A DNA stretch of 64,000 bases, from NCBI GenBank assembly GCA_028534125.1, contig CM052817.1:46068001-46132000 (forward strand), read 5' to 3'. Shown one piece after another: positions 13,591 through 25,529 of this stretch; the stretch's first letter is position 1, and the number at the start of each line of letters is the position of its first letter. The DNA comes from Lama glama. Taxonomy: Eukaryota. A model generated the notes under the pieces. It worked only from the letters and a program-made list of their open reading frames with translations, made no database searches and had not been told where the DNA came from. A program made the translations under genes and the position numbers.

Positions 13591-16500
13591 TTTTTATTAT
13601 TCTAAGCTGTTGGACAAAGAAGAAAGTTGTCATGTCTGACTTAAACTGGCTTCCTTGGGGGTTGATTCAGTTTCACAATCGCCTATTGATTTTTGCTTAT
13701 TTGTATCAATCACTAAAGATGCAGTCAATACTACCTCACATTGTAATGTTTTTTCATGCCATTTCCCAGTATTTTCAACAAGTTTCAAACAACGTATTTC
13801 TATGCCTATTCTAAGATACAGGGATACCGTAGTGGAGTGTATGTTTTGTGTGTGATAACACTCAGTTGAATGCTTTCAAACAATATTTTATTTTTTTACT
13901 TCATACTCTTTTCTATTAAACTCAAATTGTAGATTCAAATTTCAGTTTTGAGTAAGCTTGGTGAAATTTCTAAGCCTTTTTAGATCTAATTTTCCTCAGT
14001 TTATTATAATAGTATTTATTTCATAGATTCAGTATAAAGATGAAATAAACTAATTCATGTAAAAGTTTAGAGCACTGCCTAGTTTATTATCTTTTGTAAT
14101 CAGAAAATGATTGCAAACAGTTTCAGTTTTGCAAATATTGCAGCCACTGTCTCTTTTAGTTTCCGTATCTCAAAAAATCTCTCTCCTTTTACAGTCACGA
14201 AAATGCTTTATAAAGATGTGATCCTATAATTTGTGTTTGATTTTTTAAAATAAATTAGGGACGTGGGGACAACTGAAAATCTGAGCCATTTTGCTTGATG
14301 CCAGTACAGTAAGATTAAGTATGTGTCCATTCTTACCTTCAGTTTGGTCTATCTCTGGGTGGTAAATATCATGAAACAAGGGGCCTTTCTGACACACCTC
14401 CTCTCCTCAGTCTGTTATCACCATTTACATGCATTTGATGACATACTGTGAAGTAATATGCTACTTAGTTGAGCCATTTATTACACTGTTTGAAGGGTAA
14501 GAATTGAGTCTTTAACAGATATACTCCATTGGCAGCAATTTTACAGAGAACAGAAATAACAAGAGCTAACATTTACTAAACTCTTATCATGTGTCAGGTC
14601 CAGGGATACATACTTTATGATTTTTTTCTTCCCAGCTAACCTCATAACAACCTCATGAAGTGGGTACTTTACCATTTTATAACTTCCCCATTTTCTAGCT
14701 GCAGACAAAGTGGTATATCTTGTCCATGGTCACAAAGCTAGTAATGACAATTCAAACCTGTTCAGCCAGACTATGGGGTTAGGGTTTCATTCATTTCCCT
14801 ACTGTTTATTGAGTGTCCACTGTGTGCATGGGATCTACTCACAACCATCTTCAGTGGTAACCATCAATTCTTCTGTTTTCAAATTAGGGAGTCTCCTGGA
14901 CTAATAAGCTAGGTCACTTACCCAGAAAAGGGTCAAATTTGAGATGATAAACTTAGATCTGTCTGATAATAAAACTATTATTTGTGGTGACTTCTTGGGA
15001 GAAATTATCTCTTTCAGAACCTAGTTCATACTCTTCCACTGTTATCCCAAGGCAAATAGTGAGAAAAATTGGAGAAAACAAGACTAGAAAATCAATAAAC
15101 CCACAAAAGCCATTGAATCTGAAGTGGTTTCTTTGGACAAGTTAGATTCAAGTTGTCAGATTTTTCTCTTAACCCACCCCTCCTTCCTGATTTCTTCCCC
15201 CCCACACACACACTTCTCCCTCCCCACTCCAACCTCCTTCCTCTCTCTACAACTCCTACATTTGTGTTAGTTGCTAGTCCCATAATTGTGGTCAAATCCT
15301 CTTGCCTTGGACCCAATTTTGTGTTACCTCTCGAGCCTTGAACTAGCTGTGAGAGGACTTGGGTGTGCCCCAATGCCACAGGCACTCTCTGCTCTTAAAT
15401 AGGAAGCTTTACCCAGGGACTGCAGTTCTGCCCTGAAGAGTTTTGTTGTGTTTGGAAAGGTAATCTAACTCATCAGCTGGGCCCTCCCAGAACAAGTTCA
15501 AACAGCACCTTTCCCTTAAATGTCTTGCTAGATCTCTGGGCTTTTTCCTCTCACCTATCTCCTACAGCTGTTCCTCCAGCAGAGGTGTGTTGATTTTCTC
15601 TAAGATTCCCAAAGTGATCACAACTGGAGGAGCTCCCAAAAGTTCTCTTGGGGCAGCATTCCCCAGAAAAGGTGACTTATTTTTTTCTAACCAAGAAGAA
15701 GGTAGTTTCAATAGGGATGGTTTTAATTTATTTTTAAAATTCCCTGGTACAAGTATTCTCTACTTTTTCTTTAACAGAAATACAGAATGAGTTTGAAGGA
15801 GACAAAATTAAACAGGGACCTATATAGGAAGAGTTTTGCTCCCAGAAAGTGAAGATACAGCTCAAGATTCATAATTATGCCTCTTCTTTCAAATAATTTT
15901 GATGGTACTTATTAATTTGATTCATTTTCTTCCCAAGTGAAGACAATATACTGGTTAATCACAATACATTTCTGACCAGGGTTAAAAATTTGTCACTTTG
16001 GCAGTCTAATAATGTATGTATCTTTGACTTAGTTAAATTAAGTTATTGGCACTTTGATCTTTCTATTTTCCATTCATTGTATGAGAGAATGATAAAAATG
16101 TAAAAGGGCATTAGTAATTTTTAATTTTTTTTAAGTTGCAGAAGAGTTTATTCAAATGAGGACCTCCTTACAAGACCATTCAACACACAAATGGAAGCAG
16201 AGATTCCTGATCAAAATGGAAGCAGAGGACATAGAATCTTATGGAATTGCCCCCAGAAGGTAATACTGAGGCACAACCCACTTTTATATTTGAGTATTAC
16301 TACAACAAAATGCTGAAATAATGGCACAAATGAAAATTGTCATACTAACAACAAGGAAATAAACTCCAAACTGAATTCTTGGTTGACAGGAAGTTTGGCA
16401 CACCATGACTTGAAACGTGTAAATTGATCCATAAATGCTCTAATAAGATTTTTTTAAAGCTTAGTTTAAGGATGTAAGTTTATAATGCATGAAAGCAGAC

Positions 16501-17111
16501 ATTGAAAATTAATGCATGGAAGTTCAGGACTGCCTTTATAAAATGGAAAATTAAGCTTTCTGTTGCTTTTGTATAATTTTACTGTCTATCAGGGCATCTG
16601 GCATATAGCAGGTAATCAGTACACGTTTCTTAAAATTAGTTGAATAAGATTACTTTTATGCATTTTTTACAGTTTATGTATAATTTGTTCTTCACATATT
16701 ATATTAGTGGAACATGATATGTATCTATTGTCACTTTATTAGAGGTGAGACTAGAAAACAAATAAATGAAGATTAATTTTCCCCAATCTTTTGTAGTATA
16801 TAGGATGAATGACCACATTAGTGATATCTTGCATTGTGCTTCAACTTGTCATCCTACTGTGCTTCAAGGGAAGCCTGAAAGCTTGAAGTTACAGCAAAGA
16901 AAAAAAAAGGCATGATGCTTCATGGTTTGGTAGAAATGTATATTATTTAGAGCAGAACTTTCTTACTCGTTTTGATTGAGGGGCCACATTGTATATTTAA
17001 ATGATCCAATGACCATGGCCATGCATGCCTGTCCATGTGTAACCATTACTCTTCAGGCACCTGATAATCTAGAAAAATGCTAAAATTGTCAAGGTGTCAT
17101 CCACTCAAATA

Positions 17112-17577
17112 TGTAAGCAGCTTTTGGCAGGAAAGAACTCTTTGAAGGAGGCTCCATTTGTCTGGTCACTTGCCTAACTTGTTGGGTTTTTTCCATAGAT
17201 CAAAGAAGTAGAGATGGAGAATAAGCAATTAACAAGATCTCTCCCCTAGCTTCCCTTCAATAATCTCATGAACAAACTGTGTAAACAAGATTGCATCTAA
17301 AGAAGAGATAACTAGAAGTTGGCAAGCCTGCATGCAGAGGGGGAAGGTGATGACTCTGACCCACTGTCTCAATGATTAATTGAGATTACTTCCCCTTTTC
17401 CCTTTAAAACTTTCATGCTGAGCAGAATCTTCAGAGATGGTTTCTGAGGGACACAGAGTCCACCATCTCCCCAAGTTGTTGGCATTCTGATTAAAAGCAA
17501 CTTTCCTTTCTATCAATGTTGCCTCTCTTGAATATTGATTTTTGAATAGCAAGCAGCCATATCCGAGTTCCATAACA
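17112..17577 (+). mobile_element. Solo LTR, ERV1-like (466 bp)
   Basis: Begins TGTAA and ends TAACA; 4-bp TSD AATA at 17108-17111 and 17578-17581; ATTAAA at 17490 followed by a U5-like tail (gcaactttcctttc...gcaagcagcc). Confidence 0.88.
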
Positions 17578-17759
17578 AATAGACCATTAACTGTAAGACA
17601 GCTAAAGAGTTCATTTTAGTTTAAGATAAAGGGTTAGTCTGAAGGAAACTTTGACTAGAAGGAAGAGTCAATTTATAAATAATAAACAGACATAAAAAAA
17701 AGACACTTTTTTTTTCCATTGGAAGTTGAGGAAAATAATGCTGTTTTTGATGTCCCGAA

Positions 17760-18720
17760 AGTTTTGACTAGATGCTAGACATTTTAATATTATATTGCTG
17801 AGTGTCTGTATTTTTGTTGTCTTCATTAATTTCTTTTTTTTTCTTTTTGGTATAGAGCTACATTAGTTCAGATCAACTTGATGCTTTTTTAACTTGTTCT
17901 TAAGCTTTTTTGGATCTGTTTAGAGTAACCTCTAGTCTAGTGATAAGACATGATTCTAGCAAAGACTCTACTGAATGTCTCATTTGTCAGCAAGGTCTTT
18001 CCACAAAGGATGGTATGAAGTTAAACATCTTCTACATCTGTCGAGGCCCTGGGAATTTCCCACTAACAGATATTCAGTAGTTGTTCCTTACATGGCCTTG
18101 TGAATTTTACCCTAATTATGCAAAGCTTAATATTAATCAAAAGTTTGAGACCTCCATGTAGATTTCTGCACCTCTTTCTCTGCATATATTTCATCTGTAT
18201 GGCTTGCCAGCCACAAACATTTCAGCTGTCTCTGTCACCCTGTACACAAATCGGTTTTCTCAACTTAATGAGACCTCCATGCTCTGCTTAGATTTCCTCT
18301 CCTCTCTGTGTTCTAGGGCACAGAAAGTACTTCTAGGCAGAAACTGAGGATAAATTGTAGAAAGTACGTCTAGGCAGAAACTGAGGATAAATTGTAGAAA
18401 GTACTTCCAGGCAGAAAGTGAGGATAAATTGTAGAAAGTACTTCGAGGAAGAAACTGAGGATAAATTGTAGAAAGTACTTCGAGGCAGAAACTGAGGATA
18501 AATTGTAGAAAGTACTTCTAGGCAGAAATTGAGGATAAATTGTAGAAAGTACTTCTAGGCAGAAATTGAGCCCACCTTTTGCTCTTCTTTTCTTTTGCAC
18601 TGTCTTTTGACCGTGGTCTGAAAAGAGCTGTTTAATTTTTCATTTCTTGTTTTCTAGTTGTTAACAGCACGATGAAAATTTCAGCATTTGTTACTAAATC
18701 ATGTCTGAAAGCAAAATTTT
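17760..18720 (-). mobile_element. Ancient LINE-1 (L1M/L1MC-like) 5' region hosting the minisatellite
   Basis: ctgaaaagagctgttt...tttctagttgtt...gttact..atcatgtctgaaagcaaaa resembles old L1 5' ends as recalled. Confidence 0.55.
18322..18570. repeat. 37-bp minisatellite, about 6.7 copies
   Basis: Unit AGAAAGTACTTCTAGGCAGAAACTGAGGATAAATTGT at 18322, 18359, 18396, 18433, 18470, 18507 and 18544 (partial); 0-2 substitutions per unit. Confidence 0.97.
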
Positions 18721-20659
18721 CACTATAAATCAGGAGCAAATAGATAAATTTTTTTGCCATAGAAAATTCTGTCATTCCAAAGCACCACAGCTATCATATT
18801 TAAGTAACAATGTTTTATGTTTATCTTTTCATGATTCTATTGCTTATGGAGAATTTATTCAATAAAATCTAATAGACATTTAGTCTTATAAAATAGATTA
18901 TCAACTCCCAGAGACTCTGTGGGTTGTGAAATCTTGTGTTTAATTACGACCTTTTTTATTGGCTTTCACCTTACCAATGTCCCTATACCCAGATAAATAT
19001 TTTTATAACAATAACAATAAGAATGACAACATATTGCTCAGCTTAAATGCCCACTTTATTCATTAGATTTTCTTTTCAGTGTTTTAGATTGCTTCCAAGA
19101 ATGTAATCCATGCAAGAACATGAAGATTTGCCATCACTGAGGACTTTTAAAGGAATGTGATGCAGTCCCAAAGGGCAATTTCAGTGGGAAGTTTGAGTAT
19201 CAATGGGCTAAGAATAGAGCTTCCCAGCAGGCCAACATGGACTATAGTAGTTAAGTTCTGATGTAGTTCCAAGGGAAAAAATCAGTCTCCAGTGTCCTTG
19301 AGCTGCTATTGTTATGCTTTCATCCTTTTTTATGATAGCCTAGGCCAATAATCCCTTTTGAAACCAAATGTGCTATGAAACTTAGAATTTTTCTGGTTTG
19401 AGAAAGGTAGTACCTTACATATCCTATAGATTTTATAATATCTCAGTTGGACAGGACCACATGAGATATTATACTCCTTGATATGTTTGCCATGAAATGA
19501 GTAAATGTTCTCATTTACTGAAATAAACAAATAAAAGCAACAAAAAGTTGTTTTTGGAGAGTTTTAGACTTGGCATTTGCAGATAGGGGACTAAGGATTG
19601 GTGTTTTAAAGGTCCCCAAGAAGCCTCTAGGAAATAGAATATTAATGTCATCATAATATGCTCATATACATTATTCATTAGATTAAAATATGTGTTAGAG
19701 AAGTAATCATTTATATTTTGTTTGGAAACAACAGATAAACATTCATAGAAAATATTTTTTTCTTAATTTATGAATTTATTACTAGTGAAATAACAAATAA
19801 ATAATATTGAAAAAATATAAGGGGAAGTAATACATTACCGCTAATAATCATACTGTTCAGGGTTTATGATGTCTAATCTTTTTATAATACTATTTTTGCA
19901 AACAGTTTTCAGATATTACATAATTTTTGTCAGAATTCTGTATGGTATACAGGATGGGTGTTGTTATTAATTGCAATTTGCAAGTGAGAAAATTGAGGCT
20001 TAGAAAAGCCACCTGCTTTGTCAAACGCCATTCAGGCCTCATACCTGGGGCTTCAAATGGCAAATCGAGTGCACATTTCACTATAATTCACTGTCAACCC
20101 AACTGCAGCAAAATTTCATTGTAACATATTTCACATTGTAGAGAAGTCATTTGTTCCCTCTACATGAGTTAAAGAGCCCTCATTTGTTCGTATACTCATA
20201 CATTAAAAATAAAATGTATTGGGTATGTACTATGGATTCTGGGCACCCTTCTGAATCCTATAGGAAAGAGTCACTCCCCAGCTCCATAAAATAAAAAATC
20301 CTAACTCACATAGCTTTTAGGAATTACCTTTTGGAAAGGAGTGGAGGAACTTGATCAACTAACTGGAAATTTTAGCTACATTTTCTAAAATTTTATGAGT
20401 CCTTAGTGAGTAATAACCAATCGTGGCTTGTGCCCAAAGAACCATTTCAGTACTAGAAAAGAAGTCATGGACAGCTGTTCTAAGGGCCTTGTTAAGGGCC
20501 TTGTTTTCAGCTGAGGCCAAGATTAAGCGTTGAGATACCTGCCTAAGGACCTACAGCTCTTAAAAAGCCAAAGAGTCTGTTTACCAGGACCAAGTCCCCT
20601 GGCTCAGGGTACCACGGTCTTTCCAGCATTCCAATCAGCAAAGTTCATAGTATTTTTTA

Positions 20660-22808
20660 TTGAATATAGTTTCCTGTGCTATACAGTAGGTCCTTATTGT
20701 TTATCTATTTTATGTATAGTAGTGTGCATATGTTAATCTCAAACCCCTAATTTATCTCTCCCCTCACCCTGCTATCCCCTTTGATAACTATGGTTTGTTT
20801 TCTATGTCTGTGAGTCTATTTCTGTTTTGTAAATAGGCTCATTTATATCATTATTTTAGTTTCCACATATAAGTGATATCATATGATATTTATCTTTCTC
20901 TGACTTACTTCACTTAATATCATAATCTCTAGGTCCATCCTTGTTGCTTCAAATGGCATTATTTCATTGTTTATGGCTGAGTAGTAGTCCACTGTACTGG
21001 ATTAAAGACTTAAATGTAAACCTAAATGTTCATATTCCATATATAAACCACATCTTCTTTATCCATTAATCTGATGATGGGCATTTAGTTTGTTTCCATG
21101 TTCTGGCTACTGTAAATAGGTGTTATGAACATTGAGGTGCATGTGTCTTTTCAAATTAGTTTTCTTTGGATATATGCCTAGGAGTGGGAATGCAGAATTG
21201 TATGGTAACTCTATTTTTAGTTCTTTAAGGAACCTCCATACTGTCCTCCATAGTGGCTGCACCAATTTACATTCCCACCAACAGTATAGGAGGGTTCCTT
21301 TTTCTCCACATTCTCTTCAGCACTTATTTTAGACTTTTTAATGATAGCCTTCTGATTGGTGTAAGGTGATACCTCATTGTGGTTTTGATTTTCACTTCTC
21401 TAATAAATAACCATATTGAGCATTTTTTCCCCTGTTCCTGATGGCCATCTGTATATGTTCTTTGGAGAAATGTCTGTTTAAGTCTTTTGCCCATTTATTG
21501 ATTGGGTTGTTTGTTTGTTTGATACTGAGTTGTGTGAGTTATTTGTATATTTTGGAAATTATTGGTAGGACTGTTTGTAAATATTTTCTCCCATTCCATA
21601 GGATATCTTTTCATTTTTCCTATAATTTTCATTTTTGTGCAAAGGCTTTTAATTAGGTCCCATTTGTTTATTTTGTTTATTTTTGTTTTGATTTTCATCA
21701 CTCTAGGAGACGGAGCAAAAAAATATTGCTGTGATTTATGTCGAAGAGTGTTCTGCCTATGTTTTCCTAGAGGAGTTTTATAGTATCCAGTCTTACATTC
21801 AGGTCTTTAATCCATTTTGAGTTTATTTTTGTGTATGGTGTTAGAGAATGTTCTAATTTCAGTCTTTTACATGTAGCTGTCTGGTTTTTCCAGCACTACT
21901 TATTGAAGAAACTCCATTGTATATTGCCTCCTTTGTCAGAGAGTAATAGATCATAAGTGCATGGGTTTATTTTTGTGCTTTCTATCTTGTTCCATTGATC
22001 TATGTGTCTGTTTTTTGTGCCAGTACCATGCTGCTTTGATTACTGTAGCTTTGTGGTATAGTCTGAAGTCAGGGAGTGTCATTCCTCCAGCTCCATTATT
22101 CTTTCTCATGATTGTTTTGGCTATTTGGGGTCTTTTGTGTTTCCATACAAATCTTTTAAAAAAATTTGTTCTATTTCTGTGAAAAACATCTTCAGTAATT
22201 TGATAGAGATTGCATTGAAACTGTATATTGCTTTGGGTAGTAGGGTCATTTTAACAATATTGGTTCTTTCAATCCAAGAACACAATATATCTTTCCATCT
22301 GCTTGTGTCATCTTCAATTTCTTTCATCAACATCTTACAGCTTCAGAGTATAGATCTTTTGCCTCTTTAGGTAGGTTTATTCCTGGGTATTTTATTCTTT
22401 CTGATGCTATATCATAAAAGGGATTGTTTCCTTAATCTCTCTTTCTGATACTTCATTGTTAGTGTATAGAAATGCAAGAGATTTCTGTAAATTAATTTTG
22501 TATCCAGCAACTTTATTGAATTTATTGATGAGCTCCAGTAGTTTTCTGGTAGCACCGTTAGGATTTTCTATGTATAACATCATATTATCTGCAAAAAGTG
22601 ACAGTTTTACTTCTTGTTTTCCAATTTGGATTCGTTTTATTTCCTTTTCTTCTCTGGTTGCTGTGATTAAGACTTCCAAAACTCTGCTGAACAAATGTTG
22701 CAAGAGTGGGCATCCTTGTCTTGTTCCTGATCTTGGAGGAAATGCTTTCAGCTTTTCACCATTGAGTATGATGGTAGCTGTGGGTTTGTCATATATGGCC
22801 TCTATTAT
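20660..22808 (-). mobile_element. 5'-truncated LINE-1 (ORF2 RT and C-terminal region plus 3' UTR), inactive
   Basis: Translations [66 protein letters not shown] and KINKWDLIK are L1 ORF2p motifs broken by frameshifts; 17-bp TSD gttcata(g/a)tatttttta at 20643-20659 and 22809-22825. Confidence 0.96.
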
Positions 22809-25529
22809 GTTCATAATATTTTTTAGGATAGATTAGCTTCTCTCAGTGGAGGGGCCTGAATCTTTATAAATGAAGGAGAATGGCATGCAAAAAAGACAAA
22901 TACAAAATCACACAGCAGGTCCAGTCCTGATCAGTAGTGGACACAGGCTCCTTAAAGGCCCTTCTCAGTACACTGGCCATTTCGGTGAGCACATGTGCCA
23001 CTTGAGCACGTTAGCGCCATGCCTTTGGTGGTCCAGCACAATCAGCTGCTTGGACTCCGTGAAATCCTCTGGGGGCTTGAGCGACAGAATCAGCTGACTG
23101 GGATTGAATTAGGTATTACTTTTTTCCCTTGTCCATGATTTGTCTCCAATCAAATCCTGGCCAATTATCTGCTCCCTTTTAATTGAAGGCTATTTAGTGA
23201 GACACATCTCCAGCCTTTGTCTCTAGCACTGAGGTTACTGGTTCTAAAAGCCTCTGGGGAATGAGTCATGTGCCTGAAATGGCCCTTGGGGGAAACCCTG
23301 GAGGCAAGCCGCCAAATCACTCACAGGTGGCCTTTGACTAAGAGAAATACCTGAAAATTAATTCATCACTGATTTCAGGCCATTCTTGGAATCTCAGACT
23401 ATTTTGAATTAATTAATGATTGATTGATTAAATGATTAATGTCTAAGCAGTGGGGGTATTAAAGGGTCTACACTCACATGGGTGGTATAGTAGAGTCCTT
23501 AAGAGCCAGTGTCCTGAAATAAGTCCCTCACTGATGTGTGCTCTCCCTTTATGGGTAAGGATCACAGAGGTATGCAGTGCCTTGCTCTGCAGCACACATT
23601 AAGATTTCTGAAATAAAATATCCCTACTAATTGCTGTGTGTATGAATGTTCATGCTATGTTCCTGTGAATGACGTTAAACTCATGTAATGTAGAATACCT
23701 TTTATGAAGCACCAAATCTGTATAAGCAATAAGATTATTCTTAAGTTCACTCTGGGTTTACTTCCAGTTATTTTCTTGACAGTGAAGTATGACTTCGTCA
23801 CCAAATTTTCGGCCTTCAAGATGAGAATCCTGCAATAAAAATATAAAAAAAAAAGAGTTCAGGAATTTTCCCTACCTAGAGAGGATATGCACCAAATGAA
23901 TTGAGAAGGAAATGTGATGTATGTCACTCACAATCTACTTGTTGTTGAGCTCTGTGGAATTGCACCTAAGTATAACTTTTGCACTTACCAGAGGTGAAGA
24001 CTGCTAATGTCTGTCCTCTACCCCTTCCAATATCATACCTAAGGTGTGATAGCATGGTAGTTATGAGAGCAAGAGAGCCTGAAACCTGCATTTCATTTCT
24101 ATATCTATCATTTGTGTGGCTTTGAACAAGTTACTATAACTCTATGCTTTAGTATCTCCATGTGTCATATGGGCGGTTAATATCTAATTGGATTGTTGTA
24201 AGGAATGAAAAAATTTATACATGCAAAGTGCTTCAACCTCATGTGACACATTTTAAGCCCTAATTAAAGTTAGTTCTTACATGCTGGAGCTTTGGAGTTT
24301 GCCCAGTAAGAGAGTCCTTTCAACATTGTTCTCCTCTCCATACAATTTTATAGCATATGTCATACATTTTATTCAGAAAGTCTTTCCTATACTGTGTCCC
24401 TCCATCCCACTTTCAAACTTATCCATGCCATGCTCAAAGTATGGGATAATCTACACCATTAAAAGTTATATTATATAATAATATTTAATGATATGGAGAG
24501 ATATTTATAATATATTTTAAGTGAAATTTTTAAAGCAGTATGAAAAGTATGATAATTTTTTTCTTAAGTAACAGACATATGCTGATGAAGTATTTAGAGG
24601 AACGCTACTTAACACTGGAAGCTACCATAATGGTCAGTTGGCCCAACCTCTCCATACTATACAGATTTCACTTGACTGCTTATTCCCTCCTGCCAGGATT
24701 CAGACATATTCTTCGCTTACATGTTTTCATTAACAGAGAATTCAGAAATGCAGTTGCAGTAAAGTCTACTGTTAGGTTGTTCTCAGGTATTTCTTACTTA
24801 CATTGAACAAAATCAACCCTTAAGAACTGAAACAACAGAAACACTTTATTTTCTCTGGAGTAACAGAGCAATTCTACTTTTGAATAGATAAGGTTTAAAG
24901 ATTTAACTAGAGTCTTTATTTCCCCCAATTCTCTCTCCTCCAGGCTAAGTCCTTCATGTTCTTCCAAGTTTCTTACCTCTCTCTGTTGCCAGTGCCACTA
25001 CATTCTATTTCAATTTACTTTTATCCCTCGCCTGACCCACTGAAAGACTTGAGTCACCTCAGCGATCAATCTACCCCCTCTCCGTCCTTCTCCTCTAGTT
25101 CATTCTCCAAGTAGCAACACAGTACGTTAATCAGATTCTGAGACTTTCCACTTTTAAGTCAAACTCCCCACTGCGCTCACACAAGGGTCTAAATGCCAGT
25201 GGCCTGTGGAAGATTTGGCCTAGTTTCCCTCCCTCCCTCTCTCCTCATCACAGCACCTCAAGGGGCCTCATAATTTCCTCCATCCTTATCTTACCAGGTG
25301 CCCCCACACCTCTCTTCTCAGACTGGTCCTTTCTTGGCCTTCAAGTACCAACTAAGTGACATCTCCTCAGTGAGGCCTTCTATCTGGTCTACAGCAACCC
25401 TCCCTCAACCCCATAATTTAATCATAATTTAAGTCTCATATTTATTACCTTCACCTATCATGATTTTATGCATTTTTTTTTCAGTTTCTTTTTTTTTTTC
25501 TTGAACTTGGGTGCACAGGACTGAATTAA

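Noticed and set aside
18322..18570. CRISPR-like array
   Set aside because: Head-to-tail repeats without unique spacers, in mammalian DNA; it is a minisatellite.
22121..22814. Functional reverse transcriptase gene
   Set aside because: 5'-truncated L1 ORF2 fragment with frameshifts and a degenerate catalytic motif (FADN for FADD).
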